A DNA stretch of 45,289 nt from a virus (IMGVR_UViG_3300048858_000024:1-45289), one strand, 5' to 3'. Shown: positions 17,360-27,472, counted from the stretch's first letter. The notes: generated from the sequence alone by a model not told the origin. A program made the numbers and translations.

Positions 17360-17925
17360 CCATCAACGACACCCTAGCCGAACGCGGTGGAGCGAAGGCA
17401 TTGCTTGCTGCGCTCGAAACGCTCGTCCCGCAGACCACGCAGGCCCCTTGGCACGTTTGTCAGCACCTCAAGAGCGTGGAGGCGGATGCTGCCTGCAGCT
17501 GTGGCTATCGAGGCGTCGTTTTCGGCCCTGACGAAGACGTGGCCTATGCCGTCATGCAGCCCGGTCACGAGAAGCCACGACGCGAGGAAGAGTGGGGATC
17601 CGAGCCGCCCAGTTACCCGCGTCCGCAGCAGATCGCGGACATGCAACTGGTGGCCCTACTCCGCAACAACCTTCCGGCGATCATGGCAGCGTTGCGCGGT
17701 GGATGGCAGACGATCGAGACTGCGCCGAAGGATGGAAGCTACTTCCTGATCTGGCGTGACGATCCCTGGGGCCACGAGACTACGCATGTTGCTCAGTGGG
17801 ACGATGACTACTGGCAGATCCACGACGGCAAGAGTTGGCACATGCTACGCGGAGTTGAGCCAACTCACTGGATGCCCCTCGCCCCTCCTCCTGACGAACG
17901 CGGTGGCACGGGAGAACAGGGATGA
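17356..17925 (+). CDS. DUF551-like domain protein
   Basis: WQTIETAPKDG...PTHWMPL C-terminal domain; ATGA-coupled start. Confidence 0.75.
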   Translation: MTINDTLAERGGAKALLAALETLVPQTTQAPWHVCQHLKSVEADAACSCGYRGVVFGPDEDVAYAVMQPGHEKPRREEEWGSEPPSYPRPQQIADMQLVALLRNNLPAIMAALRGGWQTIETAPKDGSYFLIWRDDPWGHETTHVAQWDDDYWQIHDGKSWHMLRGVEPTHWMPLAPPPDERGGTGEQG

Positions 17926-18092
17926 GCGGACTGATCAGAGCATTTTGCATCGTCGTGTCCCTCCTGAATGGAGCGGTCGGCTTGGCCATGGACAGTGAGA
18001 TGTCGATGATCATCGGCAATGTGTGGGCGGCGGTCGGTGTGCTGACTTGGCTGCCGGCCCTTCGCACCACCAACCAAGGGGACAAGCCGTGA
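17922..18092 (+). CDS. Small 2-TM protein (56 aa, not in ORF track)
   Basis: MSGLIRAFCIVVSLLNGAVGLAM...IIGNVWAAVGVLTWL; coupled at both ends. Confidence 0.55.
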   Translation: MSGLIRAFCIVVSLLNGAVGLAMDSEMSMIIGNVWAAVGVLTWLPALRTTNQGDKP

Positions 18093-18364
18093 CCGACATC
18101 ACGCAAAGCGATCGGCTGTGCTGCCACTGCCGGTTCTTCCACGGCATGAACCAGCGCGATCTGTGTTTGGTGCGCCGTAGCTATGATCCGGTTCGCGGGG
18201 AGAAGAGACATCCACGATGGGCCCCGTCAATGCGCTCAGGCGGCTTCCTGGGGCTGTTCAAGGGCCAATGCGGACCCGAGGGCAGGCTATGGGAGCAGAA
18301 CCCGCTTAGCACGCCTCCTACGGGCGGCAGTGGTGCCACCAAGCCAGCGAGGCCCCCACGATGA
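18089..18364 (+). CDS. Cys-rich hypothetical protein
   Basis: CCHCRFF...CGPEGRLW; GTGA coupling. Confidence 0.6.
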   Translation: MTDITQSDRLCCHCRFFHGMNQRDLCLVRRSYDPVRGEKRHPRWAPSMRSGGFLGLFKGQCGPEGRLWEQNPLSTPPTGGSGATKPARPPR

Positions 18365-18396
18365 CCAACCAACCACACCAGCAGGAGGGATAGCCG

Positions 18397-18990
18397 ATGG
18401 TACGCAAGGGACGCCCGTCGAGCCGATCAGGCAAGCGCGAGAAGAACGGCCGGCTGAAGCGCAACAGCCATGCCGAGCCCTCCTACGATAAGGGCAGCGA
18501 GTGGGTGCAGGCCATGCGCGAGCGCTACGGCACGTACTACAACACGCCGCTTGGTCGGGCTTACGCTGCTGGCCTGCTGGGCGACCTCGACACGGAAGCA
18601 GAGCTGGCCCTCAACCGGTATCAGGCAGGGCGTCGCTTCGCCTCGCTCTATACCAAGATCATCGGCAGCGATGTGTATCGTTGCGCCTTGGACCGCACCC
18701 CTCGTGGCGCTGCGAACGACATCGAGGATAGCGATACGTTGGAGCGGGAGAAGGCAGAGCAGGACTGGCTCATGGATGCGATGGACAAGGTGGACAGGTC
18801 GGGCACCAGGCCTTGGCTTGATCAGTTGCTATCTCGCCTGAATACCGATGCTGGTCCCTACTGGCTTGATGCCCTGCTGGTGGGAGGCAAGCAGTCAGCG
18901 GATACTCGCGTCCTCAAGGCAGCAGTCGATGCGCTGGACATCTTGGCTCCTGCGCCACAGCGATCCCGCATTCGTGTCGTCCATAGTTGA
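18397..18990 (+). CDS. Putative late-gene regulator (Q position)
   Basis: GGAGG RBS; basic N-terminus; last early gene before a promoter-terminator pair; function positional. Confidence 0.6.
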   Translation: MVRKGRPSSRSGKREKNGRLKRNSHAEPSYDKGSEWVQAMRERYGTYYNTPLGRAYAAGLLGDLDTEAELALNRYQAGRRFASLYTKIIGSDVYRCALDRTPRGAANDIEDSDTLEREKAEQDWLMDAMDKVDRSGTRPWLDQLLSRLNTDAGPYWLDALLVGGKQSADTRVLKAAVDALDILAPAPQRSRIRVVHS

Positions 18991-19066
18991 CATTCGCTGA
19001 GAAACCGGCATTGTCAGTAAATCGTAATTGGAACTGCGCCCGCGGCTCATGGCTTGCGGGCGTTTC
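18987..19066 (+). promoter_or_regulatory. Late promoter followed by attenuator hairpin (pR'/tR'-like)
   Basis: TTGACA(18987)-N16-CATTGT; hairpin CGCCCGC...GCGGGCG-TTTC at 19037-19066. Confidence 0.6.
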
Positions 19067-19083
19067 GCGTTCTGGGGCTGGCA

Positions 19084-19377
19084 ATGGCATGGTCCCGCAC
19101 CTCACGACATGAGCGTGGGTACGGATCAGCTTGGGATAAGCTCAGGGCTCGCATCCTCACCAAAGACAAGCACCTCTGCCAGGCCTGTAAGCGCAAGGGC
19201 AGAGTGACCGCAGCTAACCAGGTCGACCACGTAAAGCCCAAGGCTAGGGGTGGCACGGACGACGAGAGCAACCTGCAGAGCCTGTGCAAGCCCTGTCACG
19301 ATGCGAAGAGCGTCGTGGATGCAGGTGGACGCGCACGGGTCGAAATCGGCGCTGACGGGTGGCCCGTTCAGGGTTGA
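19084..19377 (+). CDS. Terminase-associated HNH endonuclease
   Basis: RGYGSAW, CQAC, VDHVKP...GG.DDESNLQSLCKPCH. Confidence 0.92.
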   Translation: MAWSRTSRHERGYGSAWDKLRARILTKDKHLCQACKRKGRVTAANQVDHVKPKARGGTDDESNLQSLCKPCHDAKSVVDAGGRARVEIGADGWPVQG

Positions 19378-19459
19378 GCTTCTCAGGATGAACCGAACCC
19401 CGCCAAAAGAGCGGAATTTCCCGAAAACGACAGCAAAGCGACCAGAAACCTGAACCGCG

Positions 19460-19500
19460 CAACAATATTACGGGGGGGGTATCCGAAAGTTGCCGTCCTT
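19460..19500. other. Candidate cos region
   Basis: G-run (CGGGGGGGGT) between HNH and terS, the usual cos position in HK97-like phages; exact site unknown. Confidence 0.4.
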
Positions 19501-19566
19501 CGGCCTCTGGACCGCTCTGGGACCACAAATCTCGCGTTTGCAGATTGATTGTCTGAGGTGACCAAT

Positions 19567-19968
19567 ATGGCGACGCGAGGAGCGAAGCCGAAACCGGCCC
19601 GTTTGCGACTGGTCGACGGCACGAACAATGTAACCCGGCATGGTCCTGAGGAACAGACCCGCAAGGTTGCTGAGAGCGCAGACACACTGTTCGGTAAGCC
19701 GAGTATGCCCGCGGGTATGAAGGGCGAGGCTGCAAAAGCTTGGAAGAGATACATCGTGCCTGCCGCCTGGATCGACGGATCACGGGAGGCTGCGGCTATC
19801 GCGTTCTGCGAGCTGTGGCAGGAATTCCGGTTTGCGCCGACTTCCTTCCCCGCATCGAAGCATGGCCAGATGCGCGCCTACATGAGCGAGCTTGGCCTTA
19901 CCGACGAACGGAACAGGTCGGATCATGGCAAGGAAAAGCCAGAAGACGAGTTCTTCGGCGCCGACTGA
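19567..19968 (+). CDS. terS: Terminase small subunit
   Basis: RGAKPKPARLRLVDG N-terminus; SELGLT; precedes terL. Confidence 0.85.
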   Translation: MATRGAKPKPARLRLVDGTNNVTRHGPEEQTRKVAESADTLFGKPSMPAGMKGEAAKAWKRYIVPAAWIDGSREAAAIAFCELWQEFRFAPTSFPASKHGQMRAYMSELGLTDERNRSDHGKEKPEDEFFGAD

Positions 19969-21802
19969 CCGCGGCACGCAGTACGCGCTCGATGTCGCCG
20001 CGGGGAAGTTCGTTGCCGGGCCTCACGTTCGCAATGCGTGCCGCCGGCACTTGGACGACTTGGAGCGCGGCCACGAGCGCGGGCTAACCTATTCGGTCGA
20101 GAAGGCCGAGCGTGTTCTGAAGTTCTTTGAGACGCGGCTTAGGTTGAACGGCGGGCAGTTCGAGGGCAAGCCGTTCCTGCTGCACGCCAGTCAGGCATTC
20201 AAGCTCTCTTGCCTGTTCGGGTGGCTGCGGGCGGATGGAACGCGCCGCTTCCGCCGTGCCTACATCGAAGAGGGCAAGGGCAACGGTAAGTCGCCCTTCG
20301 CTGGTGGCATCGGGCTTTACGGCATGATGGCCGATGATGAGCCCGGCGCCGAGATATACGCCGTGGCTGCGCATCGAGACCAAGCCAAGATTCTGTTCAA
20401 CGACGCTGTCTCGATGATGGAACAGTCGCCGGATCTGGCTGGCCGCATCACCCCTTCGGGTGGGCCGGGTCGGGTCTACAACATGGCGTGGTTGGCGAAG
20501 GGGTCATTCTTCCGGCCGCTCTCGCGATCGGCGGGAAAGTCGGGTTCCGGTTTGCGCCCTCACATGGGCTTGGCTGACGAGTTGCACGAGCATCCGAATC
20601 GTGACGCGGTGGAGATGATCGAGCGCGGGTTTAAGTTTCGCCGGCAGCCGCTGCTGCTGATGATCACGAACAGCGGGTCGGATCGCAACTCGATCTGCTA
20701 CGAAGAGCACGAGCATGCGGTGAAGGTCGCCGCCGGCACACTGACGCCGGGCGAGGATTTCGCCTATGTCGGCGAGCCGATCGATGACACGACTTTCTCG
20801 TTTGTGTGTTCTCTGGATCCTGACGACGACCCGCTGAAGGATCCGACCTGCTGGGCTAAAGCGAACCCCCTGCTGGGGACTATCCTGACGGAGGAATATC
20901 TCGCCGGCGTGGTGGCGCAGGCCAAGGCTCTGCCCGGCAAGCTCAATGGTATTCTACGGCTTCACTTCTGCCAGTGGACGGACGCTGACACCGCGTGGAT
21001 GTCGCGTGCTGTGCTTGAGCCCTGCCTTGCTTATTTTGAGCCGCTTCAACTTCACGCGGGCAAGCGCATCGCGCAAGGCCTGGATCTTTCGCAAAACCGA
21101 GACATCACCGCGAAGGCGTCGGTGGTCGAGACTGGCAGCATCGACGTCGAGATTGAAGTTGAAGGCGAAAAGAAGATTGTCGCCAAGCCGACCTACGATG
21201 CGTGGATCGAGGCGTGGACGCCTGGAGACACGATCGCTGAGAGGGCTACGCGAGACAAACAGCCCTACGAAGTCTGGGCAGCGCAAGGTTTTCTGAACGC
21301 GCCACATGGGCAAAGCATCCGCTTCGACCATGTGGCGCAATCTCTAGCTGACGACGACCGGGCCTTTGATATCGGCATGGTCGGATATGATCGATACGCA
21401 TTCCGGCGCTTCGAAGAAGAGGTGGCCAAGCTCGGCCTGAGCATCCCTTTCGTTGAGCACCCGCAGGGCGGCACCAAGAAAGGCAAGCCGACTGAAGAGA
21501 TGATCGCTGCGGCAAAGCAGGAGCAACGCGAGCCCGAGGGCCTGTGGATGCCCGGCTCACTGCGCGCTCTCGAAGAGGCTTTGCTCGAAGGCCGCATCCG
21601 CTTGCAGCGTAATCCAGTGCTGATCTCGGCGATGATGTCGGCGGTCACGGATGAAGATCGCTGGGAAAATAGGTGGCTCGCGAAAGAGCGGGCCACGAAC
21701 AAGATCGATGCCGCGGTGGCGTTGTGCATGGCGTTGGGGGTTGCGATGGCTATGCCAAGGACCAACAGCGTCGATGACTGGCTTGCGGGCCTCGCCGCAT
21801 GA
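19925..21802 (+). CDS. terL: Terminase large subunit
   Basis: Walker A GKGNGKS, Walker B LADELH, GLDLS, KIDAAVA. Confidence 0.96.
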   Translation: MARKSQKTSSSAPTDRGTQYALDVAAGKFVAGPHVRNACRRHLDDLERGHERGLTYSVEKAERVLKFFETRLRLNGGQFEGKPFLLHASQAFKLSCLFGWLRADGTRRFRRAYIEEGKGNGKSPFAGGIGLYGMMADDEPGAEIYAVAAHRDQAKILFNDAVSMMEQSPDLAGRITPSGGPGRVYNMAWLAKGSFFRPLSRSAGKSGSGLRPHMGLADELHEHPNRDAVEMIERGFKFRRQPLLLMITNSGSDRNSICYEEHEHAVKVAAGTLTPGEDFAYVGEPIDDTTFSFVCSLDPDDDPLKDPTCWAKANPLLGTILTEEYLAGVVAQAKALPGKLNGILRLHFCQWTDADTAWMSRAVLEPCLAYFEPLQLHAGKRIAQGLDLSQNRDITAKASVVETGSIDVEIEVEGEKKIVAKPTYDAWIEAWTPGDTIAERATRDKQPYEVWAAQGFLNAPHGQSIRFDHVAQSLADDDRAFDIGMVGYDRYAFRRFEEEVAKLGLSIPFVEHPQGGTKKGKPTEEMIAAAKQEQREPEGLWMPGSLRALEEALLEGRIRLQRNPVLISAMMSAVTDEDRWENRWLAKERATNKIDAAVALCMALGVAMAMPRTNSVDDWLAGLAA

Positions 21803-23025
21803 GCTGGTGGCAGAACGCTTTATCCTGGTTCGGCATCCCGACCGGAGGCCAGGATGGGGATAATTTCCGCACGAACCGGGTCACGCTGGAGCAGTACAAC
21901 GATTCTGGCGCGGCGAGCGAGGGTTCTGCACTAGGGCTTTCGGCCACCTGGGCGTGCGTCAACTTCTGGGCCGGCAACATCGCTGGCTTGCCGGTGACTG
22001 TCTACCGAAAGGGGGCAGACGGGGTTCCTATCGAAGCGCGCGATCACCCACTGTTTTGGATACTCCACGACAGCCCCAACTACGATCAAAGTGCCTATGA
22101 CTTTTGGGAGTTCATGTGCGCCTGCCTTGAGCTGCACGGCAATGCGTATGCCGAGATGGACAAGCGCGATGATGGGTCGATCATCTCGCTCACTCCGGTG
22201 CGGCCAGACATCATGCGGGTCGCCCGCTTAGCCTCAGGTGAGATTGAATATCGCTGGGAGGCTGACGGTCGGCGCGCGGCTCTGACGCAAGGCAATGTGT
22301 TGCACATCCGCGGGTTCGGCGGCGGGCCGCTTGGCGGGCTCTCACCATTACAAGTGTGCCGGCGCTCGTTCGGTGCCGCGGTGGCGACGGATCGTGCGGC
22401 TAGTGCAATGTTCGCCAACGGCGTTCGGCCATCTGGCATCCTTTCGACCGATGAGAAGCTAGTCGGCGATCAACGACCGAAGCTTGAGAACTTGTTGCAA
22501 GAGAAGTTCGTCGGCGCCGCCAATTCAGGGCGACCCATGGTGCTCGATAACGGTGTCAAATGGGAGCAGCTGTCGATCAGCCCCGAAGATGCGCAGATGC
22601 TAGAAAGCCGGCAGTTCAGCGTGGAAGACATCTGCCGAGTTTTCGAGGTCGATCCACATCTGGTGGGACACACCGCAGGCAACACTCAGCTGGGAAGCAG
22701 TATTAGCGATCAAACGCTCTCGCTGCTCAAGTTCAAGATGCGCAAGCGCCTGAAGAGGATCGAAGGCGCGTTAGAGAAGCAACTGTTGACCCGCGCCGAT
22801 CGCCTGTCTGGCATATCGATCGAGTTCAACGTCGAGGGCTTCCTGCGTGCCGATAGTGCTGGTCGCGCCGAATACTACGAGATCATGCAGCAGTTCATGA
22901 CGAAGAACGAGATACGTGCGCTTGAAGGCCTGAAGCCTGTTGAGGGCGGTGATGTTCTCATGGCCCAGATGCAGGACGTTCCACTCGCCAAGGCGCTTGC
23001 CGGGCCAGCGGAGAAAGACACATGA
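21799..23025 (+). CDS. HK97-family portal protein
   Basis: LHGNAY, VLHIRG, GLSP, FANG.RPSG, DAQMLESR, NEIRALEGL. Confidence 0.95.
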   Translation: MSWWQNALSWFGIPTGGQDGDNFRTNRVTLEQYNDSGAASEGSALGLSATWACVNFWAGNIAGLPVTVYRKGADGVPIEARDHPLFWILHDSPNYDQSAYDFWEFMCACLELHGNAYAEMDKRDDGSIISLTPVRPDIMRVARLASGEIEYRWEADGRRAALTQGNVLHIRGFGGGPLGGLSPLQVCRRSFGAAVATDRAASAMFANGVRPSGILSTDEKLVGDQRPKLENLLQEKFVGAANSGRPMVLDNGVKWEQLSISPEDAQMLESRQFSVEDICRVFEVDPHLVGHTAGNTQLGSSISDQTLSLLKFKMRKRLKRIEGALEKQLLTRADRLSGISIEFNVEGFLRADSAGRAEYYEIMQQFMTKNEIRALEGLKPVEGGDVLMAQMQDVPLAKALAGPAEKDT

Positions 23026-23201
23026 CCCAGGCTGACAACGCTACCGAGAAGCTGGCCGCGCATATGGCCCGCTTGCAGACTGCGGGCGCGGTGCCGATGA
23101 CAGTCGATGAAATCCTGTCTGGAGAGACACAGGCTGGTGTGCCACGGCCCAAGTTTTTGTCTGATGACGTTGAACAGGAGGCCCCTCATGGAGCGCATTG
23201 A
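23022..23201 (+). CDS. Hypothetical protein (59 aa, not in ORF track)
   Basis: MTQADNATEKLAAHMARLQ...EAPHGAH; GGAGA RBS and ATGA overlap with portal. Confidence 0.5.
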   Translation: MTQADNATEKLAAHMARLQTAGAVPMTVDEILSGETQAGVPRPKFLSDDVEQEAPHGAH

Positions 23202-23865
23202 GGTCAAGTTCGCCCCTGAAGACATGAACGCGAAGACCGGCGAGTTTTCTGGGTACGCCGCGATCTTCGGCACCGTTGACAGTCACGGCGACGTGATCGA
23301 GCCCGGCGCATTCCTGTCGTCGCTGCAGCAGTGGCAGGCGAAGGGTTCGCTGCCGGCCATGAAGATGATGCACGGCACTACGGTCAACCCTTTCTCCGGG
23401 TCCGATCTGCCAGTCGGCAAGTGGAACTCGATGAAGGAAGACCAGCGCGGCCTGCTCGCGCACGGCAAGCTGTCCGGCATGGATACCGACCGGGGCCGCT
23501 ATCACTACGCGCTGATGGAAGACGGCGCGCTGTCGGGCCTCTCGATCGGCTTCAAGCCAGTGAAGCAGGCCCGTGGAACCGGGAACGTGAAGCGCCGCCT
23601 AGAGACCATCAACCTGCGCGAAGTGTCGCTAGTCCCTGACGGGTCGCATGATGATGCACGGATCACCGATCTGAAATCTTGGAACGATGGGCAGATGCCC
23701 TCGCTCTCCCAGTTTGAGGATTTCCTGCGAGAGGCAGGGTTCTCGAAGAGCCAGCGCACCTTCATCGCGACGAAGGGCTTGGCACCGTTGCTCCGGGGTG
23801 AGCCCGGCAACCCCACCGACGCCGAGGAATACTTCCAGGCACTTGCTGCGCTGACGCGCGGCTAA
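23188..23865 (+). CDS. HK97-family prohead protease
   Basis: FSGYAAIFG.VDSHGDVI.PGAF, H, GLSIGF, LREVSLV; AGGAGG RBS. Confidence 0.93.
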   Translation: MERIEVKFAPEDMNAKTGEFSGYAAIFGTVDSHGDVIEPGAFLSSLQQWQAKGSLPAMKMMHGTTVNPFSGSDLPVGKWNSMKEDQRGLLAHGKLSGMDTDRGRYHYALMEDGALSGLSIGFKPVKQARGTGNVKRRLETINLREVSLVPDGSHDDARITDLKSWNDGQMPSLSQFEDFLREAGFSKSQRTFIATKGLAPLLRGEPGNPTDAEEYFQALAALTRG

Positions 23866-23890
23866 TCTCACCCCAGACAAGGAAACTACA

Positions 23891-25105
23891 ATGTCCGACG
23901 AAACCAAGTCGGTGGCGGATCTCGCCATCGAGACCAAAGCTGCGTTCGATCGCCGCTTCGACGAAGTGAAGGGCCTCGCTGAGCAGGCGCTCGGTAAGCT
24001 CGAAGCCGGTGAACTCCTGCCCAAGGGCGACAAGGAGAAGATCGACGCCGCGCTCATCACCATGAACGAGACGAAGGGGCGGCTCGACGAGCTGGAGCAG
24101 AAGTCCGCTCGCCGCGGCAACCAGGGCCCCGAGCGTCAGCCGACGATCGGCGAGCAGTACGTCGAAAGCGACGAGTACAAGTCGGCTTTTGCCAGCGGCG
24201 CACGCCAAGGCCAGAATGTCGGCATCGAGGTCAAGGCCATCACCAGCCTCACCACCGATGCGAACGGCTCGGCCGGCGACATGGTGCGCCCCGATCGCAT
24301 TCAGTCGCCCATGACCATGCTGCCCGACCGGCAGATGACCATTCGCGCGCTGATCGCACCGGGTCAGACCGCCTCCAGCTCGATCGAGTACGTGCAGGAG
24401 ACCGGGTTCACCAACAACGCCGGCATGGTCGCCGAAGGCACGCTGAAGCCGGAATCGACCCTCAAGCTCGACCTGAAGAACGCACCCGTTCGCAAGATCG
24501 CGCACTGGTTCTTGGCCTCGGCCGAGATCCTGGCCGATGCTCCCGGCCTGCGCTCGATGATCGACAACCGCCTGCGCTATGGCCTCGCGTTCGTTGAGGA
24601 CGTGCAGCTGCTCAAGGGCGATGGCACCGGCCAGAACCTGACCGGCATCAAGCCCCAGGCAGCCGACTACGCCGTGCCTACTGGCTTGACCGGCTTCACC
24701 ACCCCCTCGATGATCGACAAGCTGCGCATCGCTCAGCTGCAGGTCGCTCTGGCGCTGTATCCGGCTGATGGCCAGGTTCTGCACCCGATCGACTGGGCCA
24801 TGATCGAGATGATGAAAGACGGCGAAGGCCGCTATCTCATCGGCAACCCGCAAGGCACGCTGGCTCCGACCCTCTGGGGTCTGCCGGTGGTCCCGTCCAT
24901 GGCGCAGACCGTGGGCGAGTTCACCGTTGGCGCTTGGAAGATGGGCGCGCAGTTGTTTGATCGTGAACAGTCGGGCGTTCTGGTGTCGACCGAGGATGGT
25001 GACAACTTCCGCAGGAATATGATCACCATTCTCGCAGAAGAGCGGCTTGCGCTGACGGTCTACCGTCCCGAGGCCTTCGTCGATGGCGCGTTCGCCAACG
25101 CCTGA
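23891..25105 (+). CDS. Major capsid protein (HK97 fold)
   Basis: N-terminal coiled-coil delta domain; VAEGTLKPES; GDGTGQNLTGI; KDGEGRYL; AEERLAL.VYRPEAF. Confidence 0.96.
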   Translation: MSDETKSVADLAIETKAAFDRRFDEVKGLAEQALGKLEAGELLPKGDKEKIDAALITMNETKGRLDELEQKSARRGNQGPERQPTIGEQYVESDEYKSAFASGARQGQNVGIEVKAITSLTTDANGSAGDMVRPDRIQSPMTMLPDRQMTIRALIAPGQTASSSIEYVQETGFTNNAGMVAEGTLKPESTLKLDLKNAPVRKIAHWFLASAEILADAPGLRSMIDNRLRYGLAFVEDVQLLKGDGTGQNLTGIKPQAADYAVPTGLTGFTTPSMIDKLRIAQLQVALALYPADGQVLHPIDWAMIEMMKDGEGRYLIGNPQGTLAPTLWGLPVVPSMAQTVGEFTVGAWKMGAQLFDREQSGVLVSTEDGDNFRRNMITILAEERLALTVYRPEAFVDGAFANA

Positions 25106-25157
25106 TCGGAATAAGGGGCGGGCTCTCGGGCTCGCCCCGCTTCGAGGAGTACCCAAC

Positions 25158-25445
25158 ATGGCCGACAAGCACACCTATACCGTGAACCGCGCGATGCACG
25201 GCGACGGCAAGGACTACGTTCGCGGCGACACGCGCGAACTGACCGAAACCGACGCCGCCGCACTGGTTGCGACCGGCGCGCTATCACTTAAGGGCAAGGA
25301 GCCCGTTGAGCGTGAACCGGCTGTTCGCCACACTTTCGGCACTGAGCCCAGCGCGGTGAACGAGGGCGGCTACACGACTGCCATCGGCGAAGGCGTCTCC
25401 GTGAACCGCGCCCCCGCTACCAAGCCGGCAGCCAAGAGCAAGTAA
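25158..25445 (+). CDS. Hypothetical virion-region protein
   Basis: GAGGAG RBS; follows capsid. Confidence 0.75.
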   Translation: MADKHTYTVNRAMHGDGKDYVRGDTRELTETDAAALVATGALSLKGKEPVEREPAVRHTFGTEPSAVNEGGYTTAIGEGVSVNRAPATKPAAKSK

Positions 25446-25940
25446 GTGGCCGTCACCCTCGCCCTCGCCAAGCAGCAGGTTCGCGTGCTGCATAACAAGG
25501 AAGACGGCTTGATCGCCGTCCACCTGGCCGCGGCGAAGGCATGGGTCGAGAACTACACCGGCAAGAAGCTCACCAGAGGCTCTGTGGAGCAGCGCGAGGC
25601 ATCGCTCTGCTCGTATGTGCCGCTGCTGTGGGGCCCAGAGCCTGAGAGCGTCTCTGTGGCCTACGTGGATGCTGCGGGAGACGATCAGGCCTTCACCGAT
25701 GCCTGCCTGGTGCGCGATCGCCTGTACAGCCCGGCAGCGGGTTGGCCTTCGATCGCTGAGAGCACGCCGATCGTGCTGACCTACACCGCGGGTTTCGACG
25801 AGACGCCGGCCGACCTGGATGCAGCTGTGCTTTTGCTGACAGCAGACTTCTATCAAAATCGAGAGAGCGGCAACGCGACCCCGGCGACCACTGCCGCGGT
25901 GCGGGCCCTTTGCTCGCCCTATCGCTCGGTGCTGGTATGA
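25446..25940 (+). CDS. Head-tail connector (gp6-like)
   Basis: VTLALAKQQVRV...AAVLLLTADFYQNRE. Confidence 0.88.
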   Translation: MAVTLALAKQQVRVLHNKEDGLIAVHLAAAKAWVENYTGKKLTRGSVEQREASLCSYVPLLWGPEPESVSVAYVDAAGDDQAFTDACLVRDRLYSPAAGWPSIAESTPIVLTYTAGFDETPADLDAAVLLLTADFYQNRESGNATPATTAAVRALCSPYRSVLV

Positions 25941-26308
25941 CGGCGGGCGCTCGCGACACCATCGTCATTTTCGAGCAGCGCCAGACCACCCAAGACCCCG
26001 TCTACGGCACCACCATCGAAGGCGACTGGACCGAGTACTGCCAAGCTTGGGCCGAAGTGCAGGATATGCTGCCGAGCCGGTCGGAGAACGTGGACGAGAC
26101 CATCTCGATCGCACGCCGCCCTGCCCGGTTGCGGATCGACTACCTCGACGGCGTAGGTATCACCTCGAGCATGCGTGTGCGGATCGAAGCGGATGAGTTG
26201 TTCCCCGAGCGCATCATGCAGATCATCAGCGGGCCGGCTCACAAGCGCGACAGTGACGAGCTTGAGTTCGTCGTCGAGCAGATGAGCACGCAGGGAGAGG
26301 CGCCTTGA
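25937..26308 (+). CDS. Head closure / head-tail adaptor
   Basis: AGARDT, DPVYG, WAEV, ITSSMRV. Confidence 0.82.
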   Translation: MTAGARDTIVIFEQRQTTQDPVYGTTIEGDWTEYCQAWAEVQDMLPSRSENVDETISIARRPARLRIDYLDGVGITSSMRVRIEADELFPERIMQIISGPAHKRDSDELEFVVEQMSTQGEAP

Positions 26309-26871
26309 GCAAGGCTTATCCTGTCACTGGCGGCAAGGAGATCGCTGCCACGCTGAACGCGCTCGGCAAGCGCATCGAGAGCCAGCTTGTCCGCTCTGGT
26401 CTGACGGCAGCTGCTAACCCGCCACTTGAAGAGGCGCGCCTCGGTGCAATGGGTTGGTCCAGTGCCGTATCTGCGGCTATCAAGAAGGGTTCCCCGCGCC
26501 GCAATCAGGACGGCACATATTCGATCCGCATCTATGTCGATCCGACCAAGCCCGGTGCCTATACCGCTTGGTGGGGTGAATACGGCGTGCGACCTCACTT
26601 GATTGCCAGCACCGGAGCCGGCGAGGGCCGTGTTGCTGTTCGCAAGGCAGCAGCGGGCAACGGCACCGTGAAGAACGGCGTCATGAAGATTGGTGATCGC
26701 TACCTCTCGGGCATTATCCACCACCCGGGACACGTTGCGCATCCCTTCATGCGCAAGGCTCTCGATGTGAGGGCGGAAGAAGCAATCCAGGCATTCGCCG
26801 CGAAGATCCGCGACGGCGTGGAGAAGCGCACCGGCTTTAACCTCGCAGCTGATATGGACGAGGCCGCATAA
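26305..26871 (+). CDS. HK97 gp10-like tail component
   Basis: EYG...HPG..AHPFMRKALD. Confidence 0.82.
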   Translation: MSKAYPVTGGKEIAATLNALGKRIESQLVRSGLTAAANPPLEEARLGAMGWSSAVSAAIKKGSPRRNQDGTYSIRIYVDPTKPGAYTAWWGEYGVRPHLIASTGAGEGRVAVRKAAAGNGTVKNGVMKIGDRYLSGIIHHPGHVAHPFMRKALDVRAEEAIQAFAAKIRDGVEKRTGFNLAADMDEAA

Positions 26872-27278
26872 TGGACGGCGTTGCTGCGATCCGCTCGGTT
26901 TTGGTGGCGGACGCACCGGTGGTGGCTCTGGCTCCTGTTGCGCGCATCTTCGAGGGTCCGGCTCCCCTCGGAACCGCGCTGCCGTTTGTCATGCTGGAAA
27001 GCATCTCGACGGTAGACCTGAATATCCCGTCGCCTGGGGCTGACCGCTTTGTAACCGAGCGCGTGCAGGTGACAGTCGTGGCCAAGAACGTGCCGGAACG
27101 CCAAGCCGTCAAGCGGGCGGTTAAGCGCGCCGCTGCCGACAAGATCAACCCTCCCGTCCCCGGCATCTCTGGCGTCACGATCCACACGGATAGCGCCGGA
27201 CCTAACGGCTATGATCCCGACTACGCAGGTTGGCGCGGGAGCCAGGACTTTCGCGTGAAATACACGGAGCAACGCTGA
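26871..27278 (+). CDS. Tail completion/terminator protein (DUF3168-like)
   Basis: Synteny; RIF...AP.GT.LPFV, RVQVTV. Confidence 0.78.
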   Translation: MDGVAAIRSVLVADAPVVALAPVARIFEGPAPLGTALPFVMLESISTVDLNIPSPGADRFVTERVQVTVVAKNVPERQAVKRAVKRAAADKINPPVPGISGVTIHTDSAGPNGYDPDYAGWRGSQDFRVKYTEQR

Positions 27279-27472
27279 TGATCGACGTAATCGCCACGCG
27301 CCGCACGACCCTGAACGGCAAGCCGTACGAGAAGGACGAAGCTGGCAAGATGCCGCTTCAGCAGTTCCAGGATCTCGAGCCGACTGGCCGCTTCAAGCGC
27401 GCGCCGGCTGAGAAGAAGGCCGCTGCGAAGGCCGCCAAGACCGATCCAAAGTCGAGCGCTTCTGCCGACTGA
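27278..27472 (+). CDS. Small hypothetical protein
   Basis: TGATG coupling; Lys/Ala tail. Confidence 0.65.
   Translation: MIDVIATRRTTLNGKPYEKDEAGKMPLQQFQDLEPTGRFKRAPAEKKAAAKAAKTDPKSSASAD

Noticed and set aside
19244-19783. Minus-strand ORFs across the HNH-terS gap
   Set aside because: Overlap HNH and terS in antisense with no motifs; region better explained as packaging site
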